Origin: Naegleria gruberi
Taxonomy: Eukaryota
Direction: 5' to 3' (one strand)
Length of the DNA stretch: 64,000 nucleotides
Assembly (NCBI GenBank): GCA_000004985.1
Contig: GG738878.1
Shown here: positions 54,555 through 64,000 of the stretch, one piece after another
How the letters are laid out: the number at the start of each line of letters is the position of its first letter
Position numbering within the stretch: position 1 is the stretch's first letter
Made by a program: the position numbers and the translations under genes
Notes under the pieces: model-generated
The model's database searches: none
Told to the model about the DNA's origin: nothing
The model's input: the letters and a program-made list of their open reading frames with translations, nothing else

Positions 54555-57500
54555 ATGGCAGCAATTCATCACACGCTTCCACTTTACAAATTGGTGACGA
54601 CGGGAAGGATAACAAGGATGAGTGGTTTTTTCATGATGATTTTAATGGTGGCCATTGCTGTTGTTGTTTTCATGAGAGTCGATGTGGTGCAGAGTAAAAG
54701 ATATGACCTGTCCCAACAATATGATCAGCAACAACTCACTGATGATTCCGAATTGTTTGTTAAAGTGTCGTCTGTGGATTATGAAAGATGGATGATGCAT
54801 CAACCTAATATCGAAAAGGTTTATAGACTTTCAAAGAGAATAAGGAGAGCCAAGGCAGAAATTGATTACAAAACAGAATACCTCTATGTTTTGGGTGAAG
54901 ATCACAATGGTGGTGCTTCTTTTTATATGGATGCGAGTGAGGAAATTATTCCAAAACATGCCAATATTTCAGTAGTATTTGATTATTTGGACGAAGCATT
55001 GGAATATGTCCATGAAAATAAGGATGATCCCTATTTACACAGATTTGTGGTTATTATGCAACAGGGTATTCACAAAGTGAAGGGTAATGAAGCAAGAATT
55101 TCTAGACCTTTCACTTCTATTGTTTCGGAGGACCCAAGATTTCCAGATAGAACCATTATCAGAGCCAATGATATCAATGGTCAGGTGCTTTTCATCGATT
55201 CAACTCATAACATTACAATTAAAGGTGTCACTCTGACTGGTGGGCACTTGGTAAATTTGAAGTTTTCTCACAAGAATGTTCCAAAACCTTGTGGTAGTGG
55301 TAGGTAGTTGACAAATTAATCCATACTGATAACAATTCTCTCAATTTATAGGTTTATTAATTTCTGCTTCAAGCAATATTTTGGTAGAATCTGTATTGTT
55401 ACAAGCAAATAAGGCTGCTATTGGTGGAAGTGTTTGCATTTACAACTCAACTGTTGTCAACTTCCACAAATGTTTCATTAAGAATAGTGTTTCATTCATT
55501 AGAAATATGCTTCTTACAGATAGCTTGAATGGTTTACAATTTTCTGAAGCTTCCAATTTCAATGTTAATAACAGTATTTTTGCTCAAAATTTACCAGCTT
55601 CTAATGATCCAGAAGGTATTTATGGTTGTGGTGGTGGTTTGGGAATATTCAACTCAAATCAAACCATATTTTCTTCATGTGTTTTTGCCAACAATACTGG
55701 TAGGTAATCTATCTTAATAATTTTACTTATTCTAAATTATCAATAGCAATTAACGGAGGAGCCATATTTACAGTTAATTCTTCATTCACTGTAACCAGTA
55801 GCAGAATTAGTGGAAATACAGCTTATAATCAAAGTAGTGGAATTTATAGTGATTGGAATAGTGAGGTTTCCATTGACAAGGTTTTCTTCTTGGAAAATAG
55901 ATGTGTTAGATTGACCTGTAAGATTATCTACTCACCAAAGAAGGAATATTTGGACGATATTTCAAGCTTTAGAGAAGTTGTTTTCCCTGCTATTTGTATT
56001 ACTGGAATTATTCTTTCCATTGGTTTGGGCTTTATTGGTTTATTCGAATTTATTAGAATGGTCAAGCAGAAAAAAAGATGGAGCAATGTAGTTTGGGGAG
56101 ACAAGATTTATTTGTGGCTTTTAGGTGCTTTGGGTATCTATAGGCCTTATGGATCTGTTCCAAGACCTTACAATTGGTTCCACAGAACCCTTATAGTACT
56201 CATTCTCGTTTTGAGTTGCATTCTTCAAGGAATGCAATCAGCTGCAGTTATGCCAGAAGTAAGTTTTCTTTTATTTCAAAATCTTAAACTGTGAAAAGTT
56301 TTTTGATCAAATGGATACTGTAAGATTCACAATCAGCGCTATTCAACAAGTAGTTTTCAATTTCATTCCTCTTGTATGTTATATTGCATTGATATTGGCT
56401 GTTAAGGCAAGCTACAAGAGATTGTTTGTCAACTACAAACCACCAATTCCAACAGAAGTTGAAGTTCAAGAAGAAAATGCTAGTCTCATTAACTTTTATC
56501 AAACTCAAATTGAAAAGGAAAATGAAAGTGTGAACACAGCATCTCCAGTATCTGATCTTTCTGAACAATCTTTTAGAAAAAAGAAGCGTAAGCATGCCTT
56601 TGATTGGAAGAAGGATACTCAAAAGACTGGTCTTCAAAGAAGTATCCATAATAGAAGAGCATTGGCAGGTGTTATTATTTCTGTATTGATTTTGGCATCC
56701 TCTTATGTTATTATTATTTTTGATACCATGTACTTTATTGATTCTAATATTGATATTGCAGCCACTACTAACCAACCTATTGGATTGGATACTATATCAA
56801 GTGCTATTTTCTACATGATGCATTGGCTTTTAAACATGTCAATTATGACCATGGTTTTGCTCACTGTATTCTTACTTTGTAACAGAATTAATTCTTATCA
56901 GAATACTTTCTTTGAAACATTATACCATCAGTTAGAGAGAGCTGTTTTCAATTTGCAAACTGGTGTCTACAGTTATGTTCACCTCAGAAAGGAATGGTAA
57001 GTATAGTATTTCATTTAATTTTCCAACCTATCTGATAGCAAACGTTTGGTGAGATATTCTTGGATTTTAACAATTTCCTATATTATTATTTTCAGTGGAA
57101 TGTGTGTCAATCAAGTTTTAATGGTTTTGTGGGGAGGCTCAGAATTCAAATTCTTTATCTATTATGTAGCAGTTCTTGTTGTAATGCTTGTTCTCATTAC
57201 ACACGTCAGTTATACAAGTAATCACTGGACCAGTTTCAGATTTGATGACTTTTTAGCAGCAGTTCCTCACTCAATTACCTATGATTATGGTATTTTCTTT
57301 GTAAGTTTATTGTCATACACTTTTATTTAATATATAATTTTCATAATTATCAAAAGGTTCCTGGAGCTAATAAGAAACTTTCACTTCCAAAAACTGAAAT
57401 TAATGACAATCTCAGACTCAATGATGGTGCATTCCCAGCTGGAGAAAGCAAGGATAAAGCTGAGCAATTGTTGAGAGATTTAACCTTCTTCCATATGTAC

Positions 57501-57656
57501 ATTCGAGATAGAACCTTTGCTTATCGTTTCCCACTCGAAATTCAAATGCAAACCTATGTCGTATTGACTGCCATTGGTTTATTGGGTTCCTCCTACGCCT
57601 TACTCAAATATGTTTCAAACTCATTCGAAACATCATACTATTATCAATATTTGTAG
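54555..57656 (+). CDS. Novel-architecture membrane protein: N-terminal signal-anchor, ~330-aa right-handed parallel beta-helix (pectin-lyase-fold/PbH1-like) ectodomain, then ~9 predicted TM helices; 6 exons, 954 aa
   Basis: Exons 54555..55299, 55352..55699, 55747..56258, 56299..56996, 57039..57300, 57357..57656 join six track ORFs in frame. Donors GTAGGT x2, GTAAGT x3. Introns 52, 47, 40, 42, 56 nt. Beta-helix rungs (NITIKGVTLTGGH; AAIGGSVCIYNSTVVNFHKCFIKNSVS; AINGGAIFTVNSSFTVTSSRISGNTAYNQSSGIYSDWNSEVSI). Confidence 0.65.
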
Positions 57657-58221
57657 ATGGAAATGTCGTCAACCTATTGACTGACTATCAACAAAATTGC
57701 AATTACATTGAGAAGTAAACTCCTTTTGGTATGAATAAATCTACCCTCTCAATGTTTTACAATAAGATTACAATAATGGTTTGCAACATGACAGGCTCAT
57801 TTCAAGGGACAGTTCCTCAAAATTAATACAACCATCGTTAGACTTTCCCAAATTATAATTATACACGAATGGACTACAGTTTTTTCTCTCAACAATCAAC
57901 AAGATGGATCTGGCACATCACCTATTGGAACAATTTGTGAACGCTTCGTTGTACTTCTTGTAGAGGTAATTTTCTGTAAACATGCATCCAATATTCAAAT
58001 GTCTGCCTTTCACGCCATTGGAAGGTTTTTTTTAATTGTTCTCTTGACTTTTGTGAAACGTCACCATTCATTTTAGTACTAAGCTCGTCAAGTGTTTCAT
58101 ATTTTGACTTTGATGTACTGACAAGTGCCATGATTTGGAATGTTGTGTGACTCTTGACCAACAGGAGGACCATTAACTCAACGATTGAGAAAAAAAAACA
58201 TAACTAACCAAATAACCAAAG

Positions 58222-59136
58222 ATGATGCTAAGTAATCCAAGTCCTCACATCAACATGTTGATTCCTCACCACCAACACCACCACCACCATCAGCATCAAT
58301 ATCACCACCAAACTGTTGGTCAACAACAACAGTTTAACACTAGTAATTTATCACCAAATTTAATGCAAGATAAAACACCAGAGAAAATGGTCTGTGGTAT
58401 TATACTCAATAACTGGAAATCTCGACACAATACGAAACTGTTGATGAGAAAAGCTCTCAATGATACTGATTCTATTGCTGCTGGTTCGATATTTAAATCA
58501 GCTGATATTGGTGGTGGCACAACATGTCTTGGTATTCAAAAGAAGAAAAAAACTCTTGATAACAAGGGTAAATTCAAATTTCACCAATATCAAGCTCCTC
58601 ACGGTAATGGTTTCGATTCGTTTTATTCGAATACTTTATCATGTTCAGCTCAATCTGATGTGAAAAAGGTGAATAATAAGGCACTTTCTTTGACTCACAT
58701 TGAAAGCAACAAACAATCTGTAAATAGCCACAATAGTCCATACATTGAAAAACAAGTAGTGTTCAAATTTGCAACACTTCCACATCAAACTGCCAGCCAT
58801 CATGTGAAATCAGTAAGCTCAACTGTCATTGCCTCAACCAACATGTACACCTCATGTGGTACAAGCTCTACAAGTAGCAGCACAACGAGTAGTAGCAACA
58901 CTAGTTCACAATTAAATTCAAGATCCAATCAATTAATTATGGATGATGATTATAACAATCATTATCAAAGAGTAGCTACTCTTCAAACTGCACCAATCAA
59001 TTCCAATAATAATAACAATCAGTGGTGGAATTCTTTCGAACTTCCACAAATTAACAGTTGTCATCAAGCTACAACAACTACCTCTTCAGAACCATTACCA
59101 AGTTTTTCACAATTAATAAACACTCTTGGTATTTAA
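58222..59136 (+). CDS. Low-complexity His/Gln/Ser/Asn-rich protein (poly-His tract HHQHHHHHQHQYHH)
   Basis: Single 304-aa ORF. Composition typical of Q/N/S-rich nuclear proteins. No recognisable domain. Confidence 0.35.
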   Translation: MMLSNPSPHINMLIPHHQHHHHHQHQYHHQTVGQQQQFNTSNLSPNLMQDKTPEKMVCGIILNNWKSRHNTKLLMRKALNDTDSIAAGSIFKSADIGGGTTCLGIQKKKKTLDNKGKFKFHQYQAPHGNGFDSFYSNTLSCSAQSDVKKVNNKALSLTHIESNKQSVNSHNSPYIEKQVVFKFATLPHQTASHHVKSVSSTVIASTNMYTSCGTSSTSSSTTSSSNTSSQLNSRSNQLIMDDDYNNHYQRVATLQTAPINSNNNNNQWWNSFELPQINSCHQATTTTSSEPLPSFSQLINTLGI

Positions 59137-59453
59137 ACACATTTAAAATTTGAAAATCAACCACAGTTTCTGAACTGTACTTATTATCAGATTTATCCCA
59201 TTTCTTATTTTAATATCTTTTATCTTCTCTAAAGAGATCCGTTGCAGCCTTACTTTGAAAATTTCAAAAAAATTAATAAATTAAAAAATGGAGCACAACA
59301 CACAGGTGAAAACACGTGTTTGGTGGCACTCTACTCTATTCAATCTGTATTCCCTGAGACTGGTATTAATCTCCGATATGCTACTTTCAAAATATGGGTG
59401 ATTTGTGAATTATGTCATAGTTGACTCGATGTGTGGTCTTTTTTAAAAACAAA

Positions 59454-62400
59454 ATGAAAAACTGTTATTTTGGTGATATTGTGATTGTGTGTGTTGATGA
59501 AGATGGTGATGGTGATGATCATTATTCGGAGGCTGGATATGAATTATTACAAAACCACTTAGATAGTGTAGCATGGGAAAGAGTGGAGAGGAATGAAAAG
59601 ATTTATGATCATATGGAGAGTCTAATGAAACCCTATATTTGGTCAGGTTTGGAATATATTGAGAAAAATCCATTTCCAGACAATGATTGTAAATTGGTGT
59701 TTTATAGAGTGTTGAAGAAATTTGGAGAGTTATTGGAAATGGCTTCAGATGCTATCAAGTGTGATGAACGGTTGGTTCTTAAGGCTGTTAAAAGTAAACC
59801 TTCCTCTTTGCAATTTGCAAGTTTGGAATTGAGATCAAACAGAGAGTTTGCATTGAAAGTTGTTTCGTTTAAGACTCTTCATAGTGGTTCTCCATTTGAA
59901 TTTTTGGAGAATTTTCATGGTGATTATGAAATAGCATTGTTAGCTGCCAAACAATATGGAATGGCATTGGAGTTTGTTGCACCAAAGTTGAGAAATAACA
60001 GAGATATCATACGTGAAGCAGTGGAAAATAATGGATGTGCACTACAATTTGTCCCTGAACAATTAAAAGATAGAAGCTTAGTATGGAGTGCTTTAGATTC
60101 ATATTGCAAGTTTGAATTTGTACCAAAAGAAATGGAGAATGATAGAGAAATTTTACTTAAAGCTGCCTTACATTCAAATTTGAGCAGAATTCCAGACTTA
60201 TTTCACAGTGACAGAGAATTCGTTCTTGAACTTGTAAAGAGAGATGGATGTTTATTACAACATCTTCCAATAGAGTACCAACAGGATAGATTATTTGTAT
60301 TGGAAGCTGTAAAACGGAACCCTTTTTATTTAGCTGAGGCAAGTGATGAATTTAGAGGTGACAGGGAAATTGCTTTGATTGCTTTTCGGAAAAATCCGGA
60401 TGTATTTCAATATATTTCAAATAACTTGAAAAATGATAGAGATTTCATATCAAGCTTGATATTGAATGGATATGACCTGTATAGATTACAACGGTTTGGT
60501 GTTGCACTAGCCAACGATCGAGATTTCATTTTGAGTGCGATGGATAATTGGCTTGACTTTTCAAATTTTATGGATATGGAAAATACTTACAGGTCAGACC
60601 TGGAATTATGTAAAAAACTTATCAAACTATATCCTGATTGCATACGTTATACACTATGTGAAGAACTGAAACATAACAAAGAATTAGTAATGAGCTTATT
60701 ACCTCATAGTTTGGAAATACTTGAAGACATACCAGACGAGCTGAAGAATGACAGAGAATTTATTCAATACGCATTACGGTTGCATGACAAGTCATTACAG
60801 TATGCGTCGGACGAGCTGAAGAATGATAGAAGTTTGGTAATGGAAGCCATAAAATACGATAGCAATAACTTTATCTTTGCTTCTGACGAATTGAAAAATG
60901 ACAGACAAATTGTAGACTATATTATTCTTCAAAATGCATCTTTAATTGAATTTGCCTCCAAGTCCATTAGAAATGAAAGAGAAATTGTATTGAAAGCTAT
61001 CAAAAATTCATTTACTGATATTTCTCAATTTTTAGGTTATGAAATTATGGAAGAAAGAGAAATAGTCTTGGAGTGTGCTAAAAGGTTTGGAGGTTTGGAG
61101 CATCTTATAACCGAGTTTAGAAATGATAGAGAAATTGTTCGACATGTTATTCAAAATAATAAGGGTGAACAGCTTACTTATGCATCTGAACATTTACGCA
61201 AGGATCGAGAAATGGAGCTAATTGCAGTAAGGAATGGGCTGAGTTTGAAGTATGTCCATAACAAAATAGACAGGGAAATTGTATATGCTGCCGTAAATCA
61301 CTATGAAAGAAACGTTAAATATATACCAGATGAATTCATGAATGATGAGGAAATTATCTTACTATCTGCTAATTATCGTAATTGTTTAGATTACACTGGA
61401 GAACAATTGAAATCAAATAAGGAATTTATTAGAAAATTGATTTCAAAAAATGGTTGTTTATTATCAGATGTAGCAAGTGAGCTGAAGGATGATAAAGAAG
61501 TTGTGATGGATGCTGTGACTTCAAATGGCTTATCACTACAGTTTGCTTCACAATCAATGAAAGAGGATAAGGAAATTGTTTTGTCAGCTGTAAAATCCGA
61601 TGGACAAGCTCTGTCCCACGCCCCTGATCATTTTAAAAATGATAGAGAAATGATAATTTCTGCAGTTGATCATGGGTTTGCGGAATTTGATCATGATTAC
61701 ACTGCAGATAGAGAAATAGCACTAAAGGTAGTGAATAGGGATATTTTTTATTTCGAATACACAAAGGAACTGAGAATGGATAGAGATTTCATATTACAAA
61801 TAGAAAATCCAAATTTCTCCCTTTTATCAATTTCCCCTAAATTAAGAAATGATAGAGAAATAGCTTTTAAGGCGTTGGACATGGATGGGAATGCTTTATT
61901 GTACGTCTCTGACGAGTTGAAGAATGAATTTAAAAACGATCGAGAAGTATTGTTAAGAGCAATTGGAACTAATCAAATAGCATTTGTTTGTGCCTCAGTT
62001 GAGTTGCAAAATGATGAAAAGTTTGTATTAGATTCGGTCTCAGTGAATGGAATGGTATTGAGATATTTACCACTCAAATTCAAGGATAATAGACAAGTTA
62101 TTTTGAAAGCTGTTCAAAATAATGGTTGGGCACTCTTTTACGCACCATCAGAATTACTTCAGGATAGAGAAATAGTAATGAATGCCATAAAGAATACTGG
62201 TACTTCATTGGAATATGCTCCTTTCGAATTTAGAAACGATAAGGAAATTGTTTTAGAGGCAATTAAAACCAATGTGGAATCTTTACAATCGGCTTCATAT
62301 GAATTACGGAATGATGAGGAATTTATTTCACAAGCTATGGATATTGATATTGAATCTCTTCAATATGCCAATTATTCACTGAGATATAATATTGATTTTC

Positions 62401-62600
62401 TTACAAGAATGAATAAGGAAAATAGGATTATTCAAGGAGCATCAGAACAGTTACAAAAAGTTATTGACATGAATGGATTACTACAACAATTCAAGCAGGA
62501 GACAACTAGCAAAATCTACAACTTCAATCCCATTACTTTATGGACAATTTCAATTTTATTAGTGGCTTTATGTTGTGGAATCAAATTATATAATATTTGA
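59454..62600 (+). CDS. Tail-anchored protein made of ~30 tandem ~30-aa DUF4116-like repeats (LKNDREIVLxAVKxNGxALQYAS)
   Basis: Repeats such as ELKNDREFIQYALRLHDKSLQYASDELKNDRSLVMEAIKYDSNNFIFASDELKNDRQIV. Single C-terminal TM ITLWTISILLVALCCGIKLY. Start taken as first ATG (MKNCYFGD). Track ORF begins at alternative start 59421. Confidence 0.55.
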   Translation: MKNCYFGDIVIVCVDEDGDGDDHYSEAGYELLQNHLDSVAWERVERNEKIYDHMESLMKPYIWSGLEYIEKNPFPDNDCKLVFYRVLKKFGELLEMASDAIKCDERLVLKAVKSKPSSLQFASLELRSNREFALKVVSFKTLHSGSPFEFLENFHGDYEIALLAAKQYGMALEFVAPKLRNNRDIIREAVENNGCALQFVPEQLKDRSLVWSALDSYCKFEFVPKEMENDREILLKAALHSNLSRIPDLFHSDREFVLELVKRDGCLLQHLPIEYQQDRLFVLEAVKRNPFYLAEASDEFRGDREIALIAFRKNPDVFQYISNNLKNDRDFISSLILNGYDLYRLQRFGVALANDRDFILSAMDNWLDFSNFMDMENTYRSDLELCKKLIKLYPDCIRYTLCEELKHNKELVMSLLPHSLEILEDIPDELKNDREFIQYALRLHDKSLQYASDELKNDRSLVMEAIKYDSNNFIFASDELKNDRQIVDYIILQNASLIEFASKSIRNEREIVLKAIKNSFTDISQFLGYEIMEEREIVLECAKRFGGLEHLITEFRNDREIVRHVIQNNKGEQLTYASEHLRKDREMELIAVRNGLSLKYVHNKIDREIVYAAVNHYERNVKYIPDEFMNDEEIILLSANYRNCLDYTGEQLKSNKEFIRKLISKNGCLLSDVASELKDDKEVVMDAVTSNGLSLQFASQSMKEDKEIVLSAVKSDGQALSHAPDHFKNDREMIISAVDHGFAEFDHDYTADREIALKVVNRDIFYFEYTKELRMDRDFILQIENPNFSLLSISPKLRNDREIAFKALDMDGNALLYVSDELKNEFKNDREVLLRAIGTNQIAFVCASVELQNDEKFVLDSVSVNGMVLRYLPLKFKDNRQVILKAVQNNGWALFYAPSELLQDREIVMNAIKNTGTSLEYAPFEFRNDKEIVLEAIKTNVESLQSASYELRNDEEFISQAMDIDIESLQYANYSLRYNIDFLTRMNKENRIIQGASEQLQKVIDMNGLLQQFKQETTSKIYNFNPITLWTISILLVALCCGIKLYNI

Positions 62601-62966
62601 AGGTTTATTTTGCTTTACAATTAAATTTACAAAATTATTGATCCAAATATCACTAATAATATTTTGGAACAACAACTGAGGGAGGAACTATGACAATAAG
62701 AAACACACCAATACAACAAAAACAAACATTCATCATGACAGTAAACCAAAACAATGTTTTGGCAATAGCTGCCACTGATTGAGATTTTCTGTTTCCTGAA
62801 TATTTGTATGTGGAATGAACAAACCAAAAAGGAATGCAACTTAATGGGAAGCAACCACAACATGCCAATACTACAGCTAAACATATTGAAAGAGTCAATG
62901 AAGAACTTGCTCCAGATTCTTCATCATAATATTTATCCCAATCTCTTGGTTTGTAGTAGTTTTGAA

Positions 62967-64000
62967 ATGAGAATATCAATGGATGATGATCGATCAAGTT
63001 CGGATCTATCAATACAATCGGAGGAAAATACACCACCACCAATAGCAGGAATAACGAATGACAATGCTCTTGTTACAACTGATACTAATGATGGTACTGG
63101 GAATGTTGGGAATATTCCACCTCCTCCACCATTATCAAGTGTAGTTCCTGTTTATTTACCAGCGAATTTGATGAAACCAATAGAAGTAGTGCCACGCATA
63201 CCTACTAATGGGTCTTTTTCAGACTCATCTGAAAGTGATGATGATGAGGATTTGGGGTATCATCGTCCTATACAACCACCAATTGAGACTCCTATCAAAC
63301 CAAGAGTTTTTAAAGAACCAACTTATGACCAAATTAAACCAGTCATTGGAATACCAATTCCGAATGCAAATACAGATAGAACTAATGAAATTATGTCTGG
63401 ATGGATCACTAAATATAATTATGATAATGTTCCTCCAGAAGCATTGATGGAAATTTTCAAATTTGTAGATGTCAAAACCTTGTCAACGTAAGTTTTTAAA
63501 AACAACTACAATTTTGAAACATTTGAATAGTTGTTCCCTTGTTTCAAAGAATTGGCACTTTGCCACACTTCATGACGCCTTGTGGGAAGATTCAGTGAGG
63601 AAATTATTTGAAAGATTTAACAATCAAGAATCTGACTGTAAGTATATAGAAATACGTGTGTAGTATTTAAAAACAATAATATTTGGAATAATTTACAACC
63701 TTATAGACTATGCAATTGATTGTGGAAGAATGAATAAGAAGTATGGTACTCCAATTAAACCTCCTCCAAAAATTAAAAAGATTGAGGATTATGTAACAAT
63801 AGAGAATGGTAAAATTGTTTCCTATCACACTCTAAGAGCATTGAATATTGAACAAGGAAAGAAAAAACTCATTTCCAAATTGAAAAGAGACAGAAAGGAA
63901 TATTGGAGAACAAAGTTCCAAGAGAAGTATGACAATGCCTCTTCGTAAGTTTTTGGAAAACAAAGTTTTATTTACCTCTTTAAACAGACTCAAGTATAGA
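62967..64000 (+). CDS. F-box protein, 5' part (>=4 exons; continues beyond window end)
   Basis: Exon ends ...PPEALMEIFKFVDVKTLST with GTAAGT donor at ~63487. Next exon CSLVSKNWHFATLHDALWEDSVRKLFERFNNQESD completes the F-box. Further GTAAGT-bounded exons at 63705.. and a donor at ~63945. Start codon choice (62967) uncertain. Confidence 0.5.

Noticed and set aside
57922-58173. 83-aa minus-strand ORF (MVLLLVKSHTTFQIMALV...) as a small gene
   Set aside because: No recognisable domain. A possible GTGATG donor at its stop is too speculative to annotate.
1-64000. CRISPR arrays, prokaryotic operons, rRNA genes, transposons (TIR/LTR/polyA retroposon tails)
   Set aside because: None seen. The sequence has spliceosomal introns, eukaryotic gene families and monocistronic spacing. 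Dispersed AT microsatellites and the intragenic tandem repeats are listed separately. No target-site duplications or terminal inverted repeats were recognised by eye.

Overview
This window reads as AT-rich (~65-70% AT) eukaryotic nuclear DNA. It is very gene-dense, with about 35 protein-coding genes on both strands and a few hundred bp between most of them, and it has no prokaryotic, CRISPR or transposon signatures. Many genes carry very short GT..AG introns of 40-56 nt or 73-124 nt, with GTAAGT, GTATGT or GTAGGT donors. The gene content points to a heterolobosean amoeba of the Naegleria type; this is inference, not a database hit. The main pointers are a plant-type DYW pentatricopeptide (PPR) RNA-editing-factor gene, a tRNA-Sec gene, an RWP-RK factor, and many F-box/LRR genes with low-complexity Q/N/S/H tracts.

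Other recognisable genes are listed here. All identifications come from reading the translated ORFs and conserved motifs by eye.
- Two-TM RGS receptor-like protein, tandemly duplicated
- Actin-related proteins, Arp1-like and Arp6-like
- Dihydropteridine reductase, SBDS, eIF4E
- Zn2Cys6 factor, PB1-UBA protein, START-domain protein, FRA10AC1, FERM, RCC1 and TMEM53 homologues
- WDR62/MAPKBP1, ABCD half-transporter, TEX261/Svp26, NSUN6-like tRNA methyltransferase
- CocE/NonD hydrolase, FkbM methyltransferase
- 954-aa beta-helix plus 9-TM membrane protein
- ~1050-aa DUF4116-repeat tail-anchored protein

The findings most worth a second look are:
- the tRNA-Sec gene
- the DYW-PPR gene, whose near-identical 315-bp tandem units and 13-nt deletion split it into two ORFs
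- two +1 frame breaks at in-frame TAA codons, in the QDPR gene and in a membrane-protein gene
- the novel beta-helix/polytopic membrane architecture

Exon/intron coordinates were derived by hand and may be off by a few nt.
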